The translations under genes were made by a program, and so were the position numbers. Shown in pieces: positions 9,827 to 18,238 of a stretch of DNA of 64,000 nucleotides (position 1 is its first letter; each line of letters begins with the position of its first letter). This DNA is from an uncultured Chloroflexia bacterium (lineage in GTDB: Bacteria > Chloroflexota > Limnocylindria > Limnocylindrales > CSP1-4), in contig CAVVCZ010000005.1 of assembly GCA_963746845.1 (NCBI GenBank), positions 32,001-96,000 on the forward strand, read 5' to 3'. The notes beneath the pieces were generated by a model. The model saw nothing but the letters and a program-made list of their open reading frames with translations, searched no databases and was not told the DNA's origin.

Positions 9827-10246
9827 ATGGACAACCCCGCAGACCCCGCCACGCCGTTCGGCGAAGTCTACCAGTCGTTCCTCGACGACCTGGCAACGGA
9901 GGGCAGGAAGCCCTCGACCATCCACCGCTACCGCTACAACATCGTCCGGTTCGAGAAGTGGCTCGCCGAAGCCGGCCGGCCGCCGACCCTGGCGTCGCTC
10001 GAGCGGTCGACCCTGTTCGCCTACCGCCAGCATCTCGAGGCGCTGCCGCAACAGCCGCGCGGGTCGCACCGGCGACGCCGGGGTGGGCTGATGAGCCAGC
10101 ACTCCGCCCATTCCTACCTGCGCAGCATCAAGTGCCTCGCGTCGTGGCTGGTGGGTGCTGGCCACATCACCTCGAACCAGTTCAAGGCGGTCAATCGGCC
10201 CGATCAGCCGGCCCGCGCCACGGCGACGGACCGGGTCCAAGAGTGA
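9827..10246 (+). pseudogene. Truncated tyrosine recombinase (N-terminal SAM-like core-binding domain only)
   Basis: FLDDLATEGRKPSTIHRYRYNIVRFEKWL..SAHSYLRSIKCLASWLVGAGHI, then a stop at 139 aa. No R-H-R-Y catalytic domain follows in any + frame. Confidence 0.78.
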
Positions 10247-10399
10247 GGCCAGTGGCGCTACCGGCCGCTTCCGGCTGCGTGCACAGACGGGACGTTGGGG
10301 GTCACGCGGCAACGCACCTGAACGACACCAGATGTACGCAATAGCACAAGCGGCGCCGGGTTCATGGAGCTCTCGGGCCTGGTGGCTTCGCCGACGACC

Positions 10400-10882
10400 C
10401 TACCCACCGCCATCCAGGGGGCGTGGTTCGAGCACGACGACGGCGGTCGGTCCGGAGCGCCGGGCTGCCCATGCGTCGTAGTCGTCGCTGAGTTCGCGCC
10501 ACCGCTTCCAGAGTCGATCACGTTCCTCGCCTTCCGCGGCGCGACCGCGGACAGCGCGAAGACCATCCTTCAGCTCGACGGTCGTATCCGGCTGCGCCTG
10601 AAGGTTCAGCCACCACGCGGGCTCCGCCTCAGCCCAGCCGTTCATGGCCAGAGTGACCAGATCCGGCCCGTCCTCGAGGTAGCCGACGATCGCGACCCGT
10701 AGCTCGCCAGATCGTCGCCCGACTGTCCGGAGGCGCATCATCCCGAACTTGGTGCCGGCCTCGGGGGGCCGGAGGCCGACCCGCCCCCCGCTGAACCGGA
10801 AGAGGGCGCGATGCAGGACCCAGGCCGTCCGAATGACCAGGCGTGGAGGCAGCGTTGCCGTGCGCTCGCGCTCGGCGGTCAT
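10400..10882 (-). CDS. F420-dependent deazaflavin nitroreductase (Ddn-like)
   Basis: LRTVGRRSGELR, MNGWAEAEPAWWLNLQAQP and AEGEERDRLW motifs. ATGA coupling to the upstream gene. Confidence 0.85.
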   Translation of the reverse strand: MTAERERTATLPPRLVIRTAWVLHRALFRFSGGRVGLRPPEAGTKFGMMRLRTVGRRSGELRVAIVGYLEDGPDLVTLAMNGWAEAEPAWWLNLQAQPDTTVELKDGLRAVRGRAAEGEERDRLWKRWRELSDDYDAWAARRSGPTAVVVLEPRPLDGGG

Positions 10883-11685
10883 GCCACACCCGCCGTCGAT
10901 GTCGTCGCGATCGCCGACGACGTGGCCGCCACTGACGCACTCGTGTTGCTCTTGTCGGCGGCAAGCGCGGTGACGGCCGAGGGGCGGAAACCCTTGAAGG
11001 TGAGCCAGAGGCCGAGCGACAGCTCCCAGAAGAAGATCGGGATGACCGCGATGCCGGACGCCAGGGAGGCCTGCTCGTTCATGCCGAGGATGGATGCGGC
11101 TGCGAGCACCAGGAATAGCGGGGCACCGATGAGCCCCAACGCCGGGATCCCACGTGGCACGAGTCGCGACCGGTACAGCACGTATCCGAGAAGCAGCGCG
11201 TTGAGGCCGGGCATGACGCCGGGGCCGACGAGGAAGGTCACGTCGCGCACCGCGACGAGTCCCTGGCCCACGGCCACCAACGCGGACGCATCGGTCCCGG
11301 CCGCAGCGCCAGCCTGCCGCAAGTTCACCACGGCCATGAGGCAGACGACGCCGATGACGATGACGGCCGCCTCGAAGATCCGCGTGGCGACGAAGCCGAT
11401 CGACGCGGCACTGCTTTGGCGCTTGATCACCGGGTACAGCGCGACGGCCGTTCCGATGCAGGCCAGGGCGGTGATGAGGTCGAACAGCGCGCCCAGGAGC
11501 ACCTGGCTGTCGGCGCCGGCACTGAGGATGTACGCGGGATCGCTGAGGATCGGGCCGTACAGGAAGACGGCCGGGATCGAGAAGACGAAGGTCATCAGGT
11601 ATGCGATGCCCCCGGCGAGCGCGAGTTGCCTCCACGCGTCCGTCCGGACTCCAGTGGTTCCAATCATTCGTGCGGTGTCGTTCAC
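10879..11685 (-). CDS. DUF4386-family multi-pass membrane protein
   Basis: ALACIGTAVALYPVIKR, YRSRLVPRGIPALGLIGAPL and FFWELSLGLWLTFKGF motifs. Confidence 0.8.
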   Translation of the reverse strand: MNDTARMIGTTGVRTDAWRQLALAGGIAYLMTFVFSIPAVFLYGPILSDPAYILSAGADSQVLLGALFDLITALACIGTAVALYPVIKRQSSAASIGFVATRIFEAAVIVIGVVCLMAVVNLRQAGAAAGTDASALVAVGQGLVAVRDVTFLVGPGVMPGLNALLLGYVLYRSRLVPRGIPALGLIGAPLFLVLAAASILGMNEQASLASGIAVIPIFFWELSLGLWLTFKGFRPSAVTALAADKSNTSASVAATSSAIATTSTAGVA

Positions 11686-11969
11686 GTCGATCTCCTTCGA
11701 GGTGCCTCGCTGCCCGCGATCGGCGGCTCGGCCTCGTTCTCGTTGACCGAGATCAGGGTGATGCCGAGATCGCGCAGCTTCTGGAGCAGGCCATGGAGGG
11801 CCGCCTGGTCAGCGACTGGTCCGACGAGGACGGTCGTTCCGTCGCTCGCATGGGTCAGGGACATCCCGCCGAGCCATTCGGCCCAGCCGTCGTCCAGACG
11901 TCCCTTCAGGCGGATCTGGTAACGCTTCGCCTCATGGCGGTCGTTCCGCGATCCGCGGCGCTCGTCCAT
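11682..11969 (-). CDS. Small conserved hypothetical protein (ACT-like; YQIRLKGRL..W..W..DQAALHGLL)
   Basis: Family recurrently seen next to MalT-like LuxR genes (from recall, not a search). SD AAGGAAGG before the ATG at 11969. Confidence 0.75.
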   Translation of the reverse strand: MDERRGSRNDRHEAKRYQIRLKGRLDDGWAEWLGGMSLTHASDGTTVLVGPVADQAALHGLLQKLRDLGITLISVNENEAEPPIAGSEAPRRRST

Positions 11970-12058
11970 CTGGCCCCTTCCTTGGTTCCGACTCGGCGAT
12001 GTCGGCATCTCCGGCGGCCGAGGAGACCAAGGTGGACGGAAAGGTGAGGACGGCGCCT

Positions 12059-12084
12059 CCCCATCGGTGGGGAGAGCGATGGGG
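12059..12084. promoter_or_regulatory. Candidate operator for the MalT-like LuxR regulator
   Basis: CCCCATCG-N10-CGATGGGG inverted repeat, with repeated TCCCCA(T/C)CG half-sites on the minus strand, between the luxR stop and the downstream operon. Confidence 0.5.
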
Positions 12085-12088
12085 ATTC

Positions 12089-14827
12089 TCAGCGGCGGCC
12101 GCTTCGCGAAATGAGGCCGATTTCTTCGCCGCGCAGCACCGCCGCTCGGCGGCTGTTCACACCGAGCTTCGCGTAGATGCTCTTCGTGTGCGTTCGGACG
12201 GTGCTCAGCGCCACGACCATCTCGTCCGCGATGCCGGGGCCATCGAGGTCGGATGCGAGAAGCCGAAGAACGTCAAGCTCTCGATCGCTGAGTGGCTCAG
12301 GCAGACGCGGCTGACCTGTTGCACGGCGTTCGCGGACCCCGAACGCCCCCCGCAGATGTCGAACGTAGTCCGAGGCGATGCCGCGACTGGCCGCCAGTTC
12401 GAGCATGTCGGCCATCGGGCCGCCCTCGGCCACGAATGTCTGGACGTAGCCCTCCGGTTCCGCCAGGGTCAGCGCGCGACCCAGCGGCTCGAGTCCTGCG
12501 ACGCCGTGGCCGCGATCGTGGTGGGCGAGGGCCTGCAGGACCAGGATCTCGACGACGCTTCGCCATCGCCCACCCGATTCGGCGGCGACCAACAATCGCT
12601 CGAGGAACGTGCTCGCTTCCTGGATCGGACTCGGGTCATGGACCCTGGCGCCATCGGCCAGGAGCACACGGGCAAGGGTGATGTGCTCGTACTCCCGCAC
12701 GTAGCTGAGATCGTCATCGACCGATACTCCGCAGTCGTCGGCCCATGCTCGGGATTCGCGCAGACGGCCACGGGCGGCCTGGATGCGCGCGGCTTGCGCC
12801 GGGACGGGCCGGGTCACCGGGTAGTACTCGCTCACGAAGACGCGTTCGGCATCCTCCAGGAGGGCGAGGGCACCATCAGCGTCTCCGTCCGTCAGACGGA
12901 GCTGCGCCATCGCGACGCGCCATCGATAAGGGTTCTGGGCCAAGCCGCCCTCGTCCCCGAGATCATCGCTCTGCCGTAAGTGGTCAGCGGCAGCATCGAG
13001 GTCGTTCCACTCCAGACAGAGCTCGCTCATCCCCACGTGCAGGTCGGCCGCTCCGCGGAGGATGGTCGTCCCGTCGCCGGTCGCGGCTCGCAGGCCACGT
13101 TCGTAGGTCGTCATCGCCTCGCGCAGACGACCCTGGGCGATTCGGATCTCCGCCAGCGGCCGGTTGCAGCCGATTGCATCGACGGCGTGGCCCGCCTGCT
13201 GCAGGCACGCCATGGCCTCCGCCCAGAAGCCGTTGGCGGCCTCGAGATCGCCGCTTCCCCAGTGCGCCAAGGCAAGGAACCCCGCCGCCCCGCCGCGCCC
13301 GAGTGGATCGTCCTCGCCGGCGAGGTCGAACGCCCGCAGGGCGAATGCCTCCGTGCGCTCGCGGTCACCGTTGATCTGTGCCTGGGCGGCCCGATACAGG
13401 GCAACCGCACTCGGCAATCTTCGGAACTCGCCTTCGTCCACGACGACCATCGCTGGGGGCGGGCCCGGATCCCCGCCATCGGCATCGAGTACCGGTTCCA
13501 GCCATCGCTCGGCCCCTTGAAGCAGCACCTCGACGTCCGCGAACTCGCCGTTGGACATCAGGGCTCCGACATACCCCACGCTCAAGACGGGGCGAGTCTG
13601 GAACAGCTGGGCGGGCAGCAGCTCGAGCCAACGCCGCATCGTCGCTTCCTCGCGCGTTTGTCGGAGGCCCGGGATCGCCGGCTCGATCATCGCCGCGGCT
13701 CGCTCGTAGTCCTCCCCGGCGAGAGCATGGCGAATGGCCTCCGAGGGCTCACCACGCTGCTCGTACCACCTGCTCGCGCGTCGATGGAGGTCATGGACGC
13801 GATCCGGCTCCTCGCGTTGCAAGCGTGCCCGCAGGACGTCCGCGAACAGGTGGTGGTATCGGTACCACTCGCGGCGCGCGTCGAGTGGGATGACGAAGAG
13901 GTTCCGTCGATCGAGGACCTCAAGCATGGCCTGTCCGCCCTCTTCTCCCGTGACCGCATCGCAGAGGGCACCGCTGAGCCGGTCGAGGATGGACGTCCAC
14001 AGAAGGAACCGGCGCACATCCTCGGTCTGGCGCTCCAGGACCTCCTCGGCCAGGTAGTCGACCACGAAGCGATCGTCGCCGGTGAAGCCTCGGATGAAGT
14101 CCGGAACATCGTCCCGGCCCTGCATGGAGAGAGCGGCGAGCTGGAGCGCAGCGATCCACCCATCCGTTCGTTCTTCCAGCGCGGCGACCTCGCTCGCGCC
14201 CAGATCCAGACCCTCCACCCCATTGAGGTAGGCCGCCGTCTCGTCACGCGTGAAGCGCAGGTCCGCAGCTCGTATCTCGATGAGTTGACCTTGAGCCCTG
14301 AGACGGGCCAACGGGAACGGTGGATCGGCGCGCGTGTTGATGACGACGTGCACCGATGGCGACAACTGGTCCAGGAGGAACGACACCTGGTCCTGGACAT
14401 CGCTCGCTTCGATGAGATGGAAGTCATCAAGCACCATCACGATGTCGGCTCCGACCGAGCCAAGCTCGTTGGCAAGGATCGTCACGACCGTTTCGATGGG
14501 CGTTTGCTGCGGGGCTTCCATCATCGAAACGGCGGTCCGTGCCGATGGCACCGCCCGATGGACGGCTGTCGCGACGCCGAACCAGAAGGCGCCAGACTCG
14601 TTGTCGGCCGGGTCCAGGGACAACCACACGGGGACCAGGTCGTCCGAGCCGGCGGCCGCGAGCCAGTCGGCGAGCAGCGTGGTCTTGCCGAAGCCGGGCG
14701 GGGCGGAGATGAGCGTCACCTTGGCGCGCGTCGCTCGACGAAGTCGCTCTACGAGCCGTGGTCGGGGCACCAAAGACTCGCGCGGACGCGGAACGTAGAA
14801 CTTCGAATCGGGGAGGATGCGAGCCAC
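12089..14827 (-). CDS. MalT-like STAND ATPase / LuxR transcriptional regulator
   Basis: SAPPGFGKTT Walker A, VLDDFH Walker B, WYRYHHLF and C-terminal LuxR HTH (LSDRELDVLRLL..TVRTHTKSIYAKLGV). Confidence 0.93.
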   Translation of the reverse strand: MARILPDSKFYVPRPRESLVPRPRLVERLRRATRAKVTLISAPPGFGKTTLLADWLAAAGSDDLVPVWLSLDPADNESGAFWFGVATAVHRAVPSARTAVSMMEAPQQTPIETVVTILANELGSVGADIVMVLDDFHLIEASDVQDQVSFLLDQLSPSVHVVINTRADPPFPLARLRAQGQLIEIRAADLRFTRDETAAYLNGVEGLDLGASEVAALEERTDGWIAALQLAALSMQGRDDVPDFIRGFTGDDRFVVDYLAEEVLERQTEDVRRFLLWTSILDRLSGALCDAVTGEEGGQAMLEVLDRRNLFVIPLDARREWYRYHHLFADVLRARLQREEPDRVHDLHRRASRWYEQRGEPSEAIRHALAGEDYERAAAMIEPAIPGLRQTREEATMRRWLELLPAQLFQTRPVLSVGYVGALMSNGEFADVEVLLQGAERWLEPVLDADGGDPGPPPAMVVVDEGEFRRLPSAVALYRAAQAQINGDRERTEAFALRAFDLAGEDDPLGRGGAAGFLALAHWGSGDLEAANGFWAEAMACLQQAGHAVDAIGCNRPLAEIRIAQGRLREAMTTYERGLRAATGDGTTILRGAADLHVGMSELCLEWNDLDAAADHLRQSDDLGDEGGLAQNPYRWRVAMAQLRLTDGDADGALALLEDAERVFVSEYYPVTRPVPAQAARIQAARGRLRESRAWADDCGVSVDDDLSYVREYEHITLARVLLADGARVHDPSPIQEASTFLERLLVAAESGGRWRSVVEILVLQALAHHDRGHGVAGLEPLGRALTLAEPEGYVQTFVAEGGPMADMLELAASRGIASDYVRHLRGAFGVRERRATGQPRLPEPLSDRELDVLRLLASDLDGPGIADEMVVALSTVRTHTKSIYAKLGVNSRRAAVLRGEEIGLISRSGRR

Positions 14828-14996
14828 GCGTCAGGGTATCGCGCGCGCGATCAGGCTCGCGTCCTCTCACCGATCTCCGCACGCGCGACGAGACGACCGA
14901 GCGACGCGGCGAGTGAGATGACCGGGGGACGGTAGGAGTCCCATCGACCCACCGACTACTTTGCCTACTACCCTTGCCGCACCCGGCATGACCTGG

Positions 14997-15042
14997 CATG
15001 GAGCTTGGAAGGCTGCCGCTCTGCCAACTGAGCTACTCCCGC
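14997..15042 (-). repeat. att-site copy: 5' half (positions 1-46) of tRNA-Gly
   Basis: Identical to 9643-9688 except for one base. Identity begins exactly at tRNA G1 and ends just past the anticodon arm. Confidence 0.93.
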
Positions 15043-15061
15043 GACGTCTCGGGTCGGCTGC

Positions 15062-15092
15062 TTGACCTTCAAGTGACTCGAAGGTGTACGGT
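15062..15092 (+). promoter_or_regulatory. MerR-type promoter (19-bp spacer) with dyad operator
   Basis: TTGACC-N19-TACGGT. Dyad ACCTTCAAGT-g-ACTCGAAGGT (15065-15085, 9/10 match). GTG lies 6 nt after the -10. Confidence 0.85.
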
Positions 15093-15098
15093 CGGAGC

Positions 15099-15941
15099 GT
15101 GAAGGTGTCGGAGCTCGCCGAACGCGCCGGAATCGCGCCGTCCGCCGTTCGTTGGTACGAGTCCGTGGGCATCCTGCCCGCGCCGTCGAGGAAGCCCAAC
15201 GGGTATCGCGAATACGCGGACGAGGACCTCGCCCGGCTCCGGCTGGTCGTCAGCCTGCGACGGCTCGGCCTCGGGCCCGAGGACGCCGGGCGGATGGCGC
15301 GACTGTGCCTCGAGCGCGGCGAGGTGGACCGTGATCTCGTGCCGATCATCGCCGCGCAGCGCGCGGCCATCGCCAGGCAACGCGAGGATCTCGACCGCCT
15401 CGACGGCGAGCTGATCGACCTTGAATCCACGATCGCCGCCGCGGGACGCGCCCGTGGCCGGAGGAAGGACCGAGCCATGACCGATTCGCCCATTCGGGTG
15501 CTCTTCGTCTGTACCGGCAACAGCGCTCGGAGCCAGATCGCCGAGGCCGTCCTCGATCGCCTGGGTGGCCGCGACTTCGAGGTCATGTCAGCCGGCACGG
15601 AGCCAAAGGGCGTCAACCCGTTCACGCTCCGCGTCCTCGGCGACGCCGGCATCGACTGGTCGGGGGCGCGCAGCAAGTCGGTCGACGAGTTCCTTGGTCA
15701 GCCGTTCGACTACGTCATCACGGTCTGCGACCGGGCTCGCCAGTCGTGTCCCGTCTTCCCGGGCCAGCACAACACGCTCCATTGGGGCCTCGAGGACCCG
15801 GCCGAGGTCGAGGGCTCTGAGGCCGAACGGCTCGCCGCCTTCCAGCGCACGTACCTCGAGCTCAACCAGCGGATCCGCCCGTTCATCGAGGTGGCGCTCC
15901 GTGCCGTGGGCCGGGCGCCACGGGCGTCGATCGCCGGTTGA
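15099..15941 (+). CDS. arsC: MerR-family regulator fused in frame to an LMW-PTP-type arsenate reductase (ArsC) domain
   Basis: N-terminal VSELAERAGIAPSAVRWYE..NGYREY plus coiled coil. C-terminal RVLFVCTGNSARSQIAEA..TVCDRARQSCPVFPG..HWGLEDP. Internal SD and ATG at 15477. Confidence 0.88.
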   Translation: MKVSELAERAGIAPSAVRWYESVGILPAPSRKPNGYREYADEDLARLRLVVSLRRLGLGPEDAGRMARLCLERGEVDRDLVPIIAAQRAAIARQREDLDRLDGELIDLESTIAAAGRARGRRKDRAMTDSPIRVLFVCTGNSARSQIAEAVLDRLGGRDFEVMSAGTEPKGVNPFTLRVLGDAGIDWSGARSKSVDEFLGQPFDYVITVCDRARQSCPVFPGQHNTLHWGLEDPAEVEGSEAERLAAFQRTYLELNQRIRPFIEVALRAVGRAPRASIAG

Positions 15942-15954
15942 GGGCGCTCCCGCG

Positions 15955-16290
15955 TCAGGTGCGGGCTTCGAGCACCGGCAGTCGACGCGAGGCCACAGAC
16001 GGGAGTCCGATCACGGGGCCGAACCCACCGGCGAGCTCACGGAAGCGGGCGACGGCCTCACTGCGAAGCGAGTACCAGACCCAGGTCCCGCGGCGTTCCG
16101 CGGCCACCCAACCGGCGTCCCTCAGGACCTTCAGGTGATGCGACACGGTGGGCTGGCTCACGTCGCAGCAGGCGGTGAAGTCGCAGGCGCAAACCTCGGC
16201 GACGTCGCTCAGTTGACGGAGGATCGCCAGGCGCGTCGGGTCGGCAGCGGCCTGCAGCAGAAGGACGTCGGGGTCGGTCTGGCGCTTCAT
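15955..16290 (-). CDS. arsR: ArsR/SmtB-family repressor
   Basis: ADPTRLAIL..EVCACDFTACCDVSQPTVSHHLKVLRDAG..ERRGTWVWYSL. Divergent from arsM. Confidence 0.9.
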   Translation of the reverse strand: MKRQTDPDVLLLQAAADPTRLAILRQLSDVAEVCACDFTACCDVSQPTVSHHLKVLRDAGWVAAERRGTWVWYSLRSEAVARFRELAGGFGPVIGLPSVASRRLPVLEART

Positions 16291-16297
16291 CGGGACA

Positions 16298-16337
16298 CTG
16301 TATTGACAAATGTCTATCTTGACAAGTATCAATACAG
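16298..16337. promoter_or_regulatory. ArsR operator in the divergent arsR/arsM promoter region
   Basis: AT-rich patch with outer inverted repeat CTGTATTGA...TCAATACAG and two tandem imperfect palindromes, TTGACAAATGTCTA and TTGACAAGTATCAA. Confidence 0.78.
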
Positions 16338-16374
16338 CGACGACGACAGGAGCACGATCAAGGAGCCGCCGGCG

Positions 16375-17184
16375 ATGACGACCGAGACCATCCACGAAAC
16401 CGTTCGCGAGCATTACGCCGCCGCCGCCGTGCGGGCCTCGCAGGGGGATTCATGTTGCAGCGACCCCGAGACGGTCGGGGCAATCCTCTACTCGGCGCTC
16501 GAGCGCGACGAGCTGCCCGACGCGGCCGTCCTCGCATCGCTGGGCTGCGGCAACCCGACGGCTGTCGCGGACCTCCATCCGGGCGAGCGGGTCCTCGACC
16601 TGGGCTCCGGCGGCGGGATCGATGTCCTGCTGTCGGCGAAGCGGGTCGGACCGACGGGCCGCGTGTTCGGGGTCGACATGACCGACGAAATGCTCGCCCT
16701 CGCCCAGCGCAATGCCGCCGAGGCGGGCGCGACGAACGTCGAGTTCCTGAAGGGCCAGATCGAGGCGATCCCGCTGCCCGCCGAGTCGATCGACGTCGTC
16801 ATCAGCAACTGCGTCGTGAACCTCGCCGCCGACAAGACGGCCGTGTTCGCCGAGATCGCGCGCGTCCTGCGACCCGGCGGTCGTATCGGAATCAGCGACA
16901 TCGTCGCCGAGGACGGCCTGGACGCGGCACAACGCGCCGAGCGTGGCTCGTACGCCGGCTGCATCGCCGGCGCCCTGTCGATCTCGGAGTTCCGCACCGG
17001 CCTCGAGGCGGTCGGGATGACCGACATCTCGATCACGCCGTCGCACCTCGTCACGGACGGGATGATCAGCGCGATCATCCGGGCCTCGAAACCCGCAGAT
17101 GCCCGACCGCTCATCGACCTCGCGGCACCGCGGGAGCTCCCGCTCGCCGAGGCCGGCTGCTGCGGTGGCGAAGGCTGCTGCTGA
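16375..17184 (+). CDS. arsM: Arsenite S-adenosylmethionine methyltransferase
   Basis: VREHY..SCC, SLGCGNP, VLDLGSGGGID, ISNCVVNL and YAGCIAGAL, plus a Cys-rich tail GCCGGEGCC. SD AAGGAG. Confidence 0.93.
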   Translation: MTTETIHETVREHYAAAAVRASQGDSCCSDPETVGAILYSALERDELPDAAVLASLGCGNPTAVADLHPGERVLDLGSGGGIDVLLSAKRVGPTGRVFGVDMTDEMLALAQRNAAEAGATNVEFLKGQIEAIPLPAESIDVVISNCVVNLAADKTAVFAEIARVLRPGGRIGISDIVAEDGLDAAQRAERGSYAGCIAGALSISEFRTGLEAVGMTDISITPSHLVTDGMISAIIRASKPADARPLIDLAAPRELPLAEAGCCGGEGCC

Positions 17185-17232
17185 CGGCTGGTCGGCGAAC
17201 CGCGCGATCGAGCCCGCGGCGGATGCCGAGCC

Positions 17233-18171
17233 GTGTCCAGAGCGTCCCTCACATCGGAATCGAGCGTCACCCGACGTGACCTCGCTGCGCTGTTCCTCGC
17301 CGCCACGTGCTGGGGTCTGGGGACCGTCGTCAGCAAGGCCGCGTTGGCCGAGATGCCGCCTCTGACGCTGCTGCCCATTCAGCTCGCTTCCAGCCTGGCG
17401 ATCCTCGGCATCCTCATGCGGATCGAAGGGGTGTCATTCCGGAGTGGCGGCTCGCCGCTGCTCGGCCGCCTGGGTCTCCTGAACCCGGGCGTCGCCTACG
17501 CGCTCAGCCTGTTGGGTCTCGTCACGATCACCGCCAGCCTGTCGGTGCTCCTGTGGGCCTTCGAGCCGCTGATGATCATCGCCCTGGCAGGCTGGTTCCT
17601 CCACGAACGGATCACGCCGGCATTCGTGGCGCTGTCGGTCGTGGCCGTCACAGGGATGGGGCTCGTCGTGTTCGATCCCTTGTCCACCGGTGGCCAGGTG
17701 GTCGGCGTCGCCCTCACCGTCGCGGGCGTCGCGTGTTGCGCTGCCTATTCGGTGATCACGCGACGATGGCTCCCCGGCGCGCGGGAAACGAGCCAGGTCG
17801 TCCTCGCGCAACAGGCGCACGCTCTGGCCCTGGCCATCGTGGTGCTCGTCCTCGTCGGAATCGCCGGCGGCACGATCGCACCGACTTCGCTCACGCCGCT
17901 GGGGCTTGCCAGCGCGGTCGGTTCCGGCGCCCTGTACTACGCGGGGGCCTACTGGTTCTACCTCGGGGCGCTTCGACATGTCGAAGCGTCGGTCGCCGCC
18001 GTGGCCTTCTACCTCATTCCGATCGTCGGCGTGGCGGCTGGCGCGTTGTTGCTCGGCGAGCGGCTCGACCCGAGGCAGTGGGTCGGCGTCCTCGTCGTCC
18101 TCGGGGCGGTCTTGGCGATCCTCCGCGGATCGATGGACCGGTCGCGTCGCGCCGATCCGGTCAGACTCTGA
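17233..18171 (+). CDS. DMT/EamA-family transporter
   Basis: Two EamA repeats (CWGLGTVVSKAAL..FLHERIT and ..LLGERLDPRQWVG), about 10 TMs. Confidence 0.88.
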   Translation: MSRASLTSESSVTRRDLAALFLAATCWGLGTVVSKAALAEMPPLTLLPIQLASSLAILGILMRIEGVSFRSGGSPLLGRLGLLNPGVAYALSLLGLVTITASLSVLLWAFEPLMIIALAGWFLHERITPAFVALSVVAVTGMGLVVFDPLSTGGQVVGVALTVAGVACCAAYSVITRRWLPGARETSQVVLAQQAHALALAIVVLVLVGIAGGTIAPTSLTPLGLASAVGSGALYYAGAYWFYLGALRHVEASVAAVAFYLIPIVGVAAGALLLGERLDPRQWVGVLVVLGAVLAILRGSMDRSRRADPVRL

Positions 18172-18238
18172 CCGACCTCCGCCTCCCTGCCGCAGGACGG
18201 CCCGTCGTGGTTCCTACTCCACTCGTGGGTCAGCCCCG

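Larger units (their letters stand above)
9643..15042. mobile_element. Decayed integrative element (genomic islet) inserted in tRNA-Gly
   Basis: Bounded by direct repeats 9643-9688 and 14997-15042 (46 bp, 1 mismatch, 41 bp perfect). It carries a truncated integrase next to the tRNA. Confidence 0.85.

Noticed and set aside
10247-10399. Possible frameshifted continuation of the integrase
   Set aside because: None of the three + frames gives tyrosine-recombinase catalytic motifs, so the C-terminal domain appears deleted rather than frameshifted.
15565-17184. 539-aa ORF that appears to extend ArsM at the N-terminus
   Set aside because: The extension overlaps arsC and antisense arsR. ArsM has its own SD and ATG at 16375. 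This is a high-GC open-frame artefact.
17182-17232. arsM ends CC-TGA and the frame continues into the EamA gene, suggesting selenocysteine or readthrough fusion
   Set aside because: A Cys-rich tail is a normal ArsM ending, no convincing SECIS hairpin follows, and in-frame adjacency has a 1-in-3 chance.
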